From NCBI GenBank assembly GCA_951406725.2, contig OX597825.1:54250001-54314000 (forward strand): DNA of 64,000 nt, given 5' to 3'. Under the pieces are notes generated by a model. The model saw only the letters and a list, made by a program, of their open reading frames with translations. It was not told the DNA's origin and did no database searches. Position 1 is the stretch's first letter. Each line of letters begins with the position of its first letter. Below are positions 26,366-41,191 of this stretch, piece by piece. The stretch is from Octopus vulgaris (lineage: Eukaryota). The position numbers and the translations under genes were made by a program.

Positions 26366-28055
26366 TATCAATTATCACTAAGGCACATTACATTCTCCAT
26401 GTCCCATGATATTTATTTACTGGAGACACAATTAGTCATTTACATCCGTACTCATGTCAACTCTTACGGAGATACTAAGGAGAGAGTTACAAATAAGGAA
26501 TTATATATTTCTTATATGTTCGAGGCTAGTGATCTATTCGTGTGTGATGGCTACTTTTTATTTGCCTGTTAGCACTTCCGGTTGGTGTAAGGTTGACAAC
26601 ATTTGTAACCTGCCATAGGGGAGTTACTAACATTTCCCAGTGATTCAAAACTTATACTCCGTGAATTTAAGTGTATGTGTAACTGTCTCTATAGATGTGT
26701 GTGTGTATGTGTGTGTGTGTGTGTCTGTGTGTGTGTGAAGAAAATTACATCGGATCTGTCCGTTAGGCAGCGATAAACAATCTTTAATCATTTGATTGCT
26801 AACATTGGATGGTAATCTATTCAGCTTAGGTTATTCCTGATTGTAGAGCTAATCGCATATACTGTTCTCTGTTGGTTTTCCAACCCCACAGAAGCTACAT
26901 ACTCACAACCGACTTCAATGAGCTGAATTACCCTACAGCATCGTGTGTCTGAAAGAACAGCGATATCGTCTTCATGTTAAGTCCGACGATGTCCTTGGCT
27001 TGTTTACGTGTTTGCATTTTCTGCTCCTGATTAAGTAAACAGATACCATTTGCAGCAAACTGAGCAGGTTGTCATGTAGTTAATGTTCAACCAAACTCTA
27101 CCACTGATAATTAAAAACAAATCACTTATCTGAATGTCCCTGGCAGAGAAGCTAACATAAATAATGCTTATCGATGATTGAGATCATTGCACCTGATCTT
27201 CAGTTTGCACGTATGTAGAGCAACCTCTGTACGTACGTATATCAAAGCAGATGTAATCGCGTGTCTTGTCCAAATGCTTGCAAGGTAGTGGATTATATTA
27301 AATGAACAATGGCTATACGGTGGTATTAAACAAGGTAGTGTTTGAAGACTTCTGTTAAGTGGTTTATATATGAAGTGGTAGTGTTTATGCCGTTGTTCGG
27401 CGCTGAAGATTCAATTTTTCGAGCAACTGAATTCTGTGCTGTTGAACTAATGCATAATGATACATTTTACCTTTAATGTAATTCTCAAGCAGAAAATCAT
27501 CATGACAAAGTGTGCGACGAAACATTACAGCTAAAATTCATTAGACAGGTTTTCTGTTTTTCTCTTTACTGAAATTCAGTCCCAAAGTATGGGAAGAACC
27601 AATGCTATAGAAAATGTCATTTGACCCAAAGGGTATGCAGTTGGATCGAACCCGAGACCTTGTGGCTTCATAATGAACCACTTAAGCATTCTGCCATACA
27701 TATTATATTACTACAGATACTGTTCTACCGGTATATATACATGAATTTTTCAACGCTTATATGCCTGCCTATCGTAATTTGTATCAAGAACTGTGTACAT
27801 GAAATTTTATATATGCGAACATAGTAAGTTGCCGCGAGGGAATATGGTTCCTGTTATAATAATGACGCCTGTAATTCCTTCCCAAATATCAACAAGCTAT
27901 GGAATAGATTAGAATTTCTAATTTGCTTTGACATGAAAAGGATGAGCAAAATATTCTCCCAAGATAAGGCACTAGCATCGTGTGTGGTGTATTTCAATAA
28001 GTCCATGAAACCATTTAGGAATACGTAACACAAACACATACGTGATTCTGTGCGT

Positions 28056-28347
28056 CTTTTATCTTTTATTGTCCACTTGTTTCAGTCATTAGACTGCGGC
28101 CATGCTGGGGTAATACCTTGAAGGATTTTAGTTGAATGAATCTACTGCAGGACTTACATTTTATGCCTGGTATTTATTGTATCGATGCTTTTAGCTGAAC
28201 CACTAAGTAATGGGAGTGTAAATACACCAACATCAGCTGTTAAACGATAGTGAGAGACAGAAAAACGAAGACACACTCACATAGATATATACATAGGTAT
28301 ACACACACAAACACGCACATATACACACGGACGCAGACATACACACA

Positions 28348-28431
<84 letters not shown>

Positions 28432-28581
28432 AAACCGGAGTCTTTCGGTTTCCGTCTACGAAATCCACTTACATAGTTTGCTCGCTGGTAGAAGACACTT
28501 GCACAAGGTACCATACACTGAGACTGAATCCGGAGCCATTCGGTTGGGAAGATAGTTTCTTACCAAAGAGCTGCGCCTGCG
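28056..28581 (-). mobile_element. Family A SINE with expanded internal (CA)n
   Basis: CTTGTTTCAGTCATTAGACTGCGGCCATGCTGG tail and GTTTCCGTCTACGAAATCCACT..GAAGACACTTG head. A second partial copy follows at ~28590-28870. Confidence 0.85.
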
Positions 28582-29989
28582 TTTGCATATCTATTTTATT
28601 TCGGTCACTGGACTGCAACTATGCTGGAGCAACGACTTCAAGGGTTTAATCGAGAAATATCATCCGCAGTATACCTTTTTAAATGTTGTTACTTATTTTA
28701 TTATTTTATCCTTCTTTTTTCTCCAAACAACTAAGATACAGGAAGGGTTGTCAAGCGACTGGGACAAACACAAACGCTAAGTCATACATAGCAACACAAA
28801 CACACATATGGATATAGGTCAGGCTTCCACAAAATCTCTATCAATTACTTACAGGGTATTGGTTGGCAAACATATATGAAAATACATTGTGTGTGAAGTG
28901 GCGGTATAGGCGGATGTAGGGTGGGAATTAGCGAGCGATACATAACGTACGTATTGGTGAGTGTGCATGTGGTGTTTGTGTGCGCGCATGTGTGTTTATG
29001 TAATTATATATTTTGCGAAATCCGGGTCGCCTGATACTTCAAGTTTCGTCCCACGAGACTAGATGATTAAGATCTTAGACGAAACTGGAAGTCACAAACA
29101 AAATGAACGTTACAATAACCTTCACACGACCCTCAGTTTAGAATTACATCATCAGTAAAAGTTCCGTTTTCATTATTTAACTAACTTTAAAACAATAACG
29201 CCCATACAAACATGCTCATAAATATATTCATACACATATTTACGTGTATATACACATATACATACGCGTATGTACATGAGTATATTGCTCTCAAACTAAA
29301 GTGGAGATTGTTTTGCATCATTATTCTAGTACTAAAGTATAATTCATTGAAATGATGTCAATCCAATTCAGCTTCGTCAAACTCGAAAAGTACGTGGGAA
29401 CATTATGAATAGTTTAGTGCTTCATACATACACTTAGTCACACATAAATGAGCTTACATATACTGTCCAAGGTCTCAAAAATGTATGTGCGTGCATGTGT
29501 TGGTACAAATTAATACTTGTGCGTACTTCTCTATATGTAATTGTGTACGTACATACGTGTGTGTGTGTGTACATATGGTATAACTTATTTGTACATACAA
29601 TAGCCACCTAAATGTATACTTTTTGCTTACATAAACTTTTACTAATTTATGCATTTATACTTAGGCATAAAGGTATACTAAGTCACAAGCACACACATAC
29701 ACATATTCGTTATGCAGGATAAGATTAACATTTGTATATCATTCTCAAAGGTGATATGTCATTGAACGCCTAATTAACCGCTGTATTCGTCCTGACGAAT
29801 GCAGCAAAGACGCAGAATTGCGCGTTTAATACTGACATTGCCAGGACTGGTCGATTTTTACCAGCTACTGACATACATTTGTGTTTTTAACACTGTACAT
29901 CTATATGGGTTTCTACCTCAAGAGGGATAGTGCAATTAATTACACTTTCAATGATGTACCTACTTTATGAATCACACACACATACACGC

Positions 29990-30130
<141 letters not shown>

Positions 30131-31741
30131 TATATTGAAATATTTTCATGGTTAAAAAAACACACATTTGAATACAGGCTTTATCTTAACCAGCTGAAAT
30201 AATGTTGCCCCTGGCCGTATCCGGACATCGAGCATAAAAAACGAAACACATGCCGATGTTTTAAGATTTCTCCAATTTGTTGCTCTTGGTTAACGATCTT
30301 GAGAGTAGAGGGTTAGTCGATTCCATCAGATCAATCCTTGACAGGTATTTTACTTTATCGACCATGGAAGGATGAACAGTAAACCTGTCTTCAGCAGAAT
30401 TTCGACAACAAGCACAAAGTGATGATGAAATATGGATTTAATAGTGTGCTGATTCACCAATATTCTTATGTGTTAGTTATATGAATACATTCGTCACATG
30501 AATCACGAAAATATATTTTGCGGCATGTGAGTCAGAAAGGGGCTCAATAAATATGACAATAATGTTGTGCTTACTACGATAATATATTGAGTATGTAGAG
30601 CAAAAGAAAGTACACTGAAAAGAAAGTATCGGTTCAACATAATAAAATAAAATATATAGCGTCAGAAACAGATTTATCGACATTCTTTGATTAATAAATA
30701 GTAAAATATTGAAAGATTAGTTCAACGGTCAATTATAGAACTAGCACTCTTTATGCACCAAATCCAATATATGAGTGCAAATCATACACTTAAAAATCTG
30801 ATCTACTGTAGATACAATAGATGCATATAGTTTACAACTGTTCTTTTGCAAATCAGGTTGATGTAATTATTAACATAATGATTTCCTATATTAATAGAAG
30901 CTTTGGAATGTCTGGAAAACATGGTTTGGCATTATTACTGACCCGTGATAGCTTAAAGTAAAAGTTTAGAATTGATATACGGTTCATTAAATTAAAAATT
31001 AATAGTATGTCAAACACATTATCTAGAAATATAACTCAAATATCGCTATTTTGTAGAAGTGTCCTAGGAAATCACGGTTCATAACTAATGCATTATATTT
31101 TAGTAGAAGACCTCAATTTTGAAGGGAAGATCCTTCTGCCCATTTGAGTCTGGCGAGTCGCCTGCACAGCTAAGTGCTTTGTAGTTGAGAAACCAATGGT
31201 CACTCTCTGACCGGTTATAACAAAAAACCTTCCAAACATAATACTGCTCTAATGTTTCAGATGGGTTTCTTTTTTGGATATATGTACTACAGACGATATA
31301 TGTATATATATGATTAGATAGACAGACAGACGGACGAAGAGACATACATATATCAGATTCGGATTTGAATAATGTCGGAATAACTCTTTATCTTTTACAA
31401 TTAGGGAATATCAGCATCTTTGAAAGATGAGGAAGAAGTATGGGCAAATTATGGGCAAATTAGTAACATTAACAAAGTAAAGTCATAAGTGGCCAACATA
31501 CTGTGTGTTTACGCAAAATAACAGAGGGTTTTCAATACAGTAAAAATCAAGTAAAATTGTAGGATGTTCAAACAAACTTGATTATGTCTTTGATATTACG
31601 AATTATGTGACCAAATAGAAACAGATTCTTACAATTGCCAAACACAACTCAGCGTATCAAGAATGAGACAACCAGAAAGAGATAGACACACATGTACACG
31701 CATTTACATGTATCTCTCTAATTATATATATATAGATATAC

Positions 31742-32121
<380 letters not shown>

Positions 32122-32139
32122 GTGTGTGTGTGTATACAT

Positions 32140-32263
32140 AATTTTTTTTTTCGTAATGCGATAAAAAACCAAGGCTGAGTAGATTTTAGAACATTTATAG
32201 ATAAAAGGTCTATTCTAAAATCTACTCACCCTTGGTTTTTTTATCTCATTGCGAAAAAAAATT
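32140..32263. repeat. Foldback inverted repeat (~50-bp arms, ~21-nt loop)
   Basis: 32141-32191 is reverse-complementary to 32213-32262, with 3 mismatches plus homopolymer length differences. Confidence 0.9.
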
Positions 32264-32409
32264 CTTATATGCACACGCTGATATATGACCAGCGTTGACC
32301 CCCTTATTCGCAAAATCACCGAACTTGGAACTTAACTATGGTCTATCTATAACACTTATTCAGCATTACCTGACACGTTTGGGTCTCAATAACACCATTA
32401 CTTCTCACA

Positions 32410-32456
<47 letters not shown>

Positions 32457-32508
32457 TCTCCCCCTCTCTCTCTCTATATATATATATATACATATATATG
32501 CGTATACG

Positions 32509-32729
32509 CTTTTACTCTTTTACTTGTTTCAGTCATTTGACTTTGGCCATGCCGGAGCACCGCCCCCAATCGAGCAACTCGACCCCGAGACCCATTCTTT
32601 TGTAAGCCCAGTACTTATTCCATCGGTTTTCTTTGCCGAACCGCTAAGTTACGGGAACGCCAACACAACGGCATCGGTTGTCAAGCAATGCTAGGGGGAC
32701 AAACACAGACACACAAACACATACACACG

Positions 32730-32800
<71 letters not shown>

Positions 32801-32971
32801 ATATATACGACAGGCTTCTTTCAGTTTCCGTCTACCAAATCCACTCACAAGGCATTGGTCGGCCTGAGGCTATAGCAGAAGACACTTGCCGAAGGTGCCA
32901 CGTAGTGGGACTGAACCCGGAACCATGTTGTTGGTTAGCAAGCTACTTACCACACAGCCACTCCTGCGCCT
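32509..32971 (-). mobile_element. Full-length family A SINE
   Basis: Tail CTTTTACTCTTTTACTTGTTTCAGTC, head ..CTTACCACACAGCCACTCCTGCGCC, internal (TA)n. Confidence 0.9.
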
Positions 32972-33023
32972 ATATATATGAATATATGCGTATATATATG
33001 TATATACATATCAATTTAGAATA

Positions 33024-33185
33024 TTGGGTTCAAAATTTGACACATGACCACCATTTTCGTGGAATGAGGTGGAGCATATCGATTACGTAGAATTCTTTGC
33101 ACAAATAGTACTTAACTGGACCTCGGCGGAATTTGAACGTAGAAGATGCCACTAACCGTTTTGCAAACGTTTCTGACAGCTCATA
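33024..33185 (-). mobile_element. Internally deleted family B SINE
   Basis: GACCTCGGCGGAATTTGAAC and AACGTTTCTGACAGCTC remnants. Confidence 0.55.
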
Positions 33186-33229
33186 CCCTCTACAATTACA
33201 CACACTATTACAAACACATACGTATACAT

Positions 33230-33465
33230 GCAAATCCATCCAGACACACACACTTATAGAAATATATATTATATATTCAGGTACATATATATATATGTGT
33301 GTGTTTGTGTGTGTGTGTCTATGTATCTATGTATGGATGGATGGACGCATGCATATATAATGTATATATATCCATATACATATATATATATATGTACTGC
33401 ATAAATGAATCCCTCTTATATTTATGCACATATCTATATCTATATCTATCTATCTATCTATCTAT

Positions 33466-33527
<62 letters not shown>

Positions 33528-34575
33528 GTATACATAAGCATATACATATACATATTAGCATATATAGGATCACGTACATGTAATTTCACAGATGCATTTT
33601 ATTGAGATTTTTCTCTGATTATATATATACATGTGTGTGCGTGTATGAGTTGTATGTATTATACACTTCAACACAGTACTCTTTATAAATGCTTACCTAC
33701 ATATGCACATGCACGCATGTATCTTAACAACTTCAAACATACCCTCTATATAAACCAAAAATAGAACACACTCCTACGCACACAAGCAAACACAAACACA
33801 CACACACACACACATGTTTTTTTCAGGACTGCATTGAGTTAAAACATGGTTTGAGAAGTTAAAACTTGATTTGAGGAGTTGAAAAACGGTTCATGCATTG
33901 GATTCAACGATAATCTGCTATTCCTATGCATACATGCTTGCATACACGCTCAGTGCACACACAAAAACATACATGCATACATACGCGCAAACACACACAC
34001 ATACACACACACACATATATACATGCATATATATGTATACATATATGCATATATATATATATGTATATATATATTTGTGTGTGTATATATATATATATTT
34101 CCATACATATATATGTATTAATATAAATACATATATATACGCACAAACAAACACACATATATGTATATAAAGTATATAGATATAGATATATACTCAGTTT
34201 TAGACATGTATGCCTGCATGCAATTATATATATATGTATATATATATATGTGGTGGGGTGTATTTTATACACAAAGACACCTATTGTCTCTCCATATTTA
34301 GATCTACATGTATTTCTAAATAACTCTCTCTCTCCTTATTTATCTGTCTATATATGTATATTATTTTATTTGTTAGTCATTTGAGATCGGCCATTCTCGA
34401 GCACCGTATTTAGTCGAACAAATCGACCCTTGGACATATTCTTTGTACGCCTAGTAATTATTCTATCGGTCTCTTGTTCCGAACCGCTAAGTTACGGGGA
34501 AGTAAACACACCGACATCGGTTATCAAGCGATGGTGAGGGAACAAACACAGATACACAAACGTACACACACATAA

Positions 34576-34637
<62 letters not shown>

Positions 34638-35549
34638 GAAGGGCTTCTTTTAGTTTCCGTTTACCAGATCCACTCGCAAGGCATTGGTCACGCCGAGGCT
34701 AGAGGTGAAGACACATCATCAAGATGCCATCCAGTAGGGCTGAACCCGGAACCGCACAGCCACACTTGCGCCTATGTATTTACATATATTTATTAATTTT
34801 TGTACAGATAGAGAGATACACACATTCATCCATCCATCTATCCATCCATCCATACATACATACATCCATCCATCCATACATACATACATACATACATATA
34901 AGCATACATCCATCCATACATACATACATACATACATACATATAAGCATACATACATACATACATACATACATGTATACATACATACATATAAATTCAAA
35001 GGTTGTAGTATTGGTGTGTACACATATTCTTCCCTATATTATTCGTCTCTATATTGTCATAGAACAATATTTTATAGAACGTTAAATGTTAAATACCTGC
35101 AGCTACCTCAAATGTGTCACACAACATGACATTTCTAACTTGAAGCATTCACTGCAAGAGAGAGGTGTTAGCCACTCAGTAATACCCAATGTATATTATA
35201 TAAGTATGGGGAATAATGAATACTTCCTTTTATCTCTTTTGTTTTGGCGTCGTGTTTTCTAATACTCTGATTGTTATATAGTCCCAAATATATAATCCAA
35301 AATGGTTCTTACACTTTCCAGACGTAACGAAACGTCACAGTAATATCTATAACATTTATAAATTTGTAAACCCGCACACGAACACATGCTTGTTTATGAA
35401 ACATACAGAATTATGAATCTTTTAAATATGGTTGTGTATGTGTGCATACATACATGCATACATGCATACATACATGCATACATGCATACATACATGCATA
35501 CATGCATACATACATGCATACATGCATACATACATGCATACATGCATAC

Positions 35550-35618
<69 letters not shown>

Positions 35619-35940
35619 TATATATGTATAAATATATACATGCATATAAACATATACATACATCTTAGTATATAAAAATTATATGGATATTAATATATAT
35701 ATGCATACATGTAAAACAACAAATAGATAGAGATACATAGATATACACAAATCTAGATAGATATATGCATATACATATATACATTTTATACACATATATC
35801 CATCTTAGTATATAAGTTATTTTGATATTAATATATATATGCATACATGTATAACAACAAAGAGATACAGATAGATAGATAGATAGACATACATAACTAT
35901 ATATATATATATCCTCTATACAGGTGTGTGTGTATATGTG
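33230..35940. repeat. Dense compound microsatellite field ((TA)n, (CATATA)n, (CATC)n, (CATA)n, CATG/CATA 20-mer)
   Basis: Direct tandem repeats, interrupted by a SINE at 34361-34772 and short unique stretches. Confidence 0.85.
34361..34772 (-). mobile_element. Family A SINE
   Basis: CCGAACCGCTAAGTTACGGGG..GGGCTTCTTTTAGTTTCCG..CTGAACCCGGAACC. Confidence 0.85.
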
Positions 35941-35972
35941 TGTGTGTTTATGTCTGTTTGTGTATTGGGCAT

Positions 35973-36308
35973 AGCTTAGATTTTATTTGTCAGTGTACAT
36001 TTCATTCTGATGCACTCAATCGGGAACATTTATTTAACTGAATACCACTCTATGACCCGTTCATAATTTCAAGAATTAATATTTCTAAACGGAGAAACAA
36101 AAGATAAATTTAATGTCACTCGAAGATAGCATTAGCAGCCTATGTCTCAATGGAGTATTCTCTGTTAATGTGAAGAATATTTCGTCACATCATTTTTATC
36201 AAAAATTATTTCTCAGTCTTTCTAACTACCTACTTTATACATCTATGTGTATCTATGGGTGTGTGGCCGTGTCTATGTGTGTGAGTGTCTTTATGCTTAT
36301 GTATGTAC

Positions 36309-36352
<44 letters not shown>

Positions 36353-36506
36353 ATGCATATATATATGTGTGTGCGTGTGTGTATGTATGTATGTATGTAT
36401 ATATATGTATATATATGTATATATATGTGTATATATATATGATAAAATTCAGATCTTATTTTATATTTACTACCACATGCAATCTCCCTCGGAATTATTC
36501 ACCTAT

Positions 36507-36576
<70 letters not shown>

Positions 36577-36635
36577 TCTATATATTTATATATATATATA
36601 CACACGTGCGTCTCTTTTGTTTTTCTGTAGATTAC

Positions 36636-36710
<75 letters not shown>

Positions 36711-36845
36711 ATACATATATACACACTACTACTATACATTGGTATTATCTCTACCTCTTACCCCGCCCTCATTCTCAGTAATGAGATAGGGGAAATATCA
36801 ATCTGTAGTACTATTTTATATATCTTCTCAGACTACTTAACACAC
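35973..36845 (+). repeat. Dispersed duplicated segment, copy 1
   Basis: Unique blocks such as ATGTCACTCGAAGATAGCATTAGCAGCCTATGTCTCAATGGAG (36113) and AAATTCAGATCTTATTTTATATTTAC (36445) recur at 42430 and 42860. Confidence 0.9.
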
Positions 36846-37137
36846 ACACACACGCACACACAAACACACACACACACACACACATACACACACATATATA
36901 TATTTATATATCGGTTTCCCTATATATGTGTGCATGCGTGTGTGAGCGTATATGTACGCATGTGTATATGTACGTATATACATACACATGTATAAATATA
37001 TGTGTATGTGTGTGTATGTATATATATATATATGTTTATATATATGTATATATATATATGTATACATATATATATATATATATATGAATACTTATATATA
37101 TATACATATACATATATATATATGTATATATATGTGT

Positions 37138-37184
<47 letters not shown>

Positions 37185-37854
37185 CGTGTGTGAATTTAGG
37201 TAAATGTCCTAATAACATATCAATCTCGATACCAGCTATTAGCAAATTTATAATCACATGTGATGGTATCATATATTTCTGTAAGTCTTTATGCAGTTGT
37301 CTGTGTAGTATCAAATAAACGCGGGCAACATTAGAATCTATATGTGTGTGAGCGTGTATGAATGTATGCATGCATGTATGCAAGTATTATGTATGTATGT
37401 ATGTATGTATGTATGTATGTACGTACGTATATGTGTGAGTTTAGTATTTTTTTTAAATATACTTTTTAAAACATCGGGCCACAACTTGTTATATAACACA
37501 TTTGCATATACATCTCACATGTATATGTCTAGAGATGCATTCATGCATGTATTTAAACATGAATCTTTGTAGGAACATATCTATATATGTAGTAATTTCC
37601 CTGTCGATGGGTCTTTGACCGTATATATACTTACACATATAACGGTATGAAACAAACACCTATATACACAATATGTACTCTAAACGTCCATATACTCTAA
37701 CACAAACACACACACACACACATATGTGTATATATTTGTAAATGCCTATATAATTTTATACATATGTAATTAGTATTTATATATTTGTATACATACATAT
37801 ATATGTGTATATATCAATATATCAATATATATATATAAGTATATATATATGTAA

Positions 37855-37895
<41 letters not shown>

Positions 37896-37912
37896 TATTT
37901 ATGCATATATAC

Positions 37913-37948
<36 letters not shown>

Positions 37949-38100
37949 CAACAATATAAGGAATGGCCCTGATAGGCCATTCGACTCACTAGAAAATGTT
38001 GAATGTATATTATATAGTCTTTAACTATCTATTCTCTGCCACCAGACCGCTGGTAGCGGAGAATTTTTTCTAGAATTTTTTGCTACCCTTATATTTATTA

Positions 38101-38156
<56 letters not shown>

Positions 38157-38259
38157 TTATAGTTATATATATATAGAGAGAGAGAGACAGACAGACAGAG
38201 AGACAAACAGACAAACATACAGACAGACATGTGTGTGTAGGTGTGTGTTTGTGTGCGTG

Positions 38260-38338
<79 letters not shown>

Positions 38339-38732
38339 CAACGGCTGACACGACTTTTCTTCATGAATACCCTATATATACATATATACACAGAAATACA
38401 ACTGTATGTATGCGCGTGTGTAAATATATGTGTTTGTGTGTGAGCGTGTGTGAGTGTGTGTGTGTATCTGTATCTGTATCTGTCTGTCTCTGTGCATTTA
38501 TTTCTTCGGTGCTTTTCATTTCTGTGCGATCCATATTCTTCTCATAGTCTACATGAGAAGGCTGCCACACAAGCGGCAATTATTTCTCAACGACTTGAGT
38601 ACAGTAAATGCTATTCTGCACCAGGTGCAGATATGGCGGGGAGTAGTCATCCGAGAAGACAATTACCTCAGACATACACCCATACGTATATAAGAAACTG
38701 CTTGTATTCATGAATGCATGTATATCTATCTA

Positions 38733-38792
<60 letters not shown>

Positions 38793-38935
38793 CACACAGA
38801 TATATATATATATATATGTGTGTGAATATATGTATATATGTATGTGTGTATGTATATATATGTATATATTCATATATATATATATATACATATATATACA
38901 TATATATACATATATGTATGTATACACACACACAC

Positions 38936-38993
<58 letters not shown>

Positions 38994-39474
38994 TGATATT
39001 TGTGTGTTTGTATATTTATATAACTGCAGAAATGAGGGTGTCGTTTAGGCGATAAAAATATAATTTTCACATTAATATCGATAACAAATTCACATAAATA
39101 TATATTTCTGTGTGTATGTGTGTGTGCGTGTGTGTGCGTGTGTGTGTGTGTGAATCTGTGTGTACACATACACATATACATTTATGTATACGTATATATG
39201 TATGCATGGGAAGATATTATATTTCATGCATAAGCATAAAACCATTTCCTACCACCATTTAGGCTAACGCGACCAGACATTTTAGTCAATCCGGCGACGA
39301 AAGGTATTTCAGTGCGACAGGTATTTTATGGATCTTTGATTGTCCGTACACACACAAACGCGCGCACATAAATATCCATGTATATGTATGCGTGTGAAGT
39401 TGCAAATGTGTGTGAATGTGTGATTGCGGCTGCGTATAGGGGCTTGTATATATCTCTCTGCCTCTCTCTTTATG

Positions 39475-39506
<32 letters not shown>

Positions 39507-39559
39507 GATACCTCTGTATCAATATACATGCACACACATATATATATGCATACACACAA

Positions 39560-39716
39560 ACATACGTACATACTTACATACATACATTATGGCTGCCGCC
39601 TCGTTATCGAGTATGGCCATTGCACGAAGCTTAACTGTTACTGGTGCTGTGATCGAATGTGACTTTTTAGCCCAGCTAAAGATCTATAATGTCTTGTACA
39701 GAATTGGCAACTAAAA
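39560..39716 (-). mobile_element. RTE-clade LINE extreme 3' end (C2H2-like motif, 3' UTR, (ATGT)n tail)
   Basis: Minus strand reads FSCQFCTRHYRSLAGLKSHIRSQHQ*, matching the C..C.R...S..GL.SH.R motif of RTE ORF2 ends, followed by GGCCATACTCGATAACGAGGCGGCAGCC. Confidence 0.75.
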
Positions 39717-39978
39717 CATACATACATACATACATACACACATACATACATACACACATACATGCAGGAAGAATATTTGTGGATGCTCCTCATTAGTTCC
39801 CGATTCTGAACATATACCACTGAATGGCAATGGAGCCCTTTCAAAACTTAACACTATGACACGCATTGAGTAGCATCAGAAGAGATTGTTTGCCCTTATT
39901 AGCCCTGAGATCATGCAGATAATTTTATATACATATATATATATGTATGTATATATGTATTTATGTATGTATGTACTT

Positions 39979-40105
<127 letters not shown>

Positions 40106-40235
40106 CAAACATACATACATATATATGTATAAATAGGAAATAGTGGCACAACAATATACCTTGTATATATATATATTTATATTTTTAAAATGTTTTCAAC
40201 AATCATATGTGAATGATAATTATTTCTTTAAACTA

Positions 40236-40276
<41 letters not shown>

Positions 40277-40796
40277 TATATTAATATCAGTGTTCTTTAT
40301 GTATTCCTGTGTCCTTGTATTCTGTGCAAGTGTTTGTACAATATATACATATGGTCATATATTAACAGCTTTATGAGCATTAGTAAAACTTAAATTATTC
40401 CGAAAATGGCCTATTATAGTTTATATCTTCCATAAATGTACATCAAGGAACACATACTCATATACACTCATACGTACACACAATCACACAGACAAACACA
40501 GTATCAAACTTCGTAACTCAGTCACACATATATACGCAGATATTTCCTGAGACTTATTGCTAACTGCAATGCCTTGCAATTGCCATTAGTTTCATATCAC
40601 GTGACATCCTCTAGATAATAAAATATCCGAAATGCTTGGAATTGAGAGCGGTTTATATTACCGACCACCTTTTCTTTTTCCTTTGTTTTTCTTTTCATTT
40701 TATTCGATAGAATGAAATTGTTTTTGCGTCTTGAAAATGAGACCGTCCGGGAATGAAAAAGTCCCGAAAAGAGACTCAGAGATAAATATTTTGTCC

Positions 40797-41191
40797 CTTT
40801 ACTCCTTTACTCTCTTTTACTTGTTCCAGTCATTTGACTGTGGCCATGCTGGAGCACCGCCTTTAGTCGAGCAAATCGACCCCAGGACTTATTCTTTGTA
40901 AGCCTACTTCTTATTCTATCGGTCTCTTTTGCCGAACCGCTAAGTTACGGGGACGTAAACACGCCAACATCGGTTGTCAAGCGATGTTGGGGGGACAAAC
41001 ACAGACACACACATACATATACATATATACGATGGGCTTCTTTCAGTTTCCGTCTACCAAATCCACTCACGAGGCTTTCGCGAGCCCGAGGCTATAGTAG
41101 AAGGCACTTGCCCAAGGTGCCACGCAGTGGGACTAAACCCAGAACCATGTGGTTCGTAAGCAAGCGACTTACCACACAGCCACTCCTGCGC
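40797..41191 (-). mobile_element. Full-length, well-conserved family A SINE with TSD
   Basis: Complete head, core and tail; flanked by TTGTCC at 40791-40796 and 41192-41197. Confidence 0.92.

Noticed and set aside
26860-27070. Strong acceptor-like CTGTTGGTTTTCCAACCCCACAG
   Set aside because: All downstream frames hit stops; a UTR exon cannot be supported without transcript data.
36113-36240. Repeated [26 protein letters not shown] (also at 42430)
   Set aside because: Explained by the DNA duplication; the frame runs into microsatellite, with no splice or homology support.
38548-38690. Possible exon SLHEKAATQAAIISQRLEYSKCYSAP after TTCTTCTCATAG
   Set aside because: Weak donor and no recognisable protein similarity.
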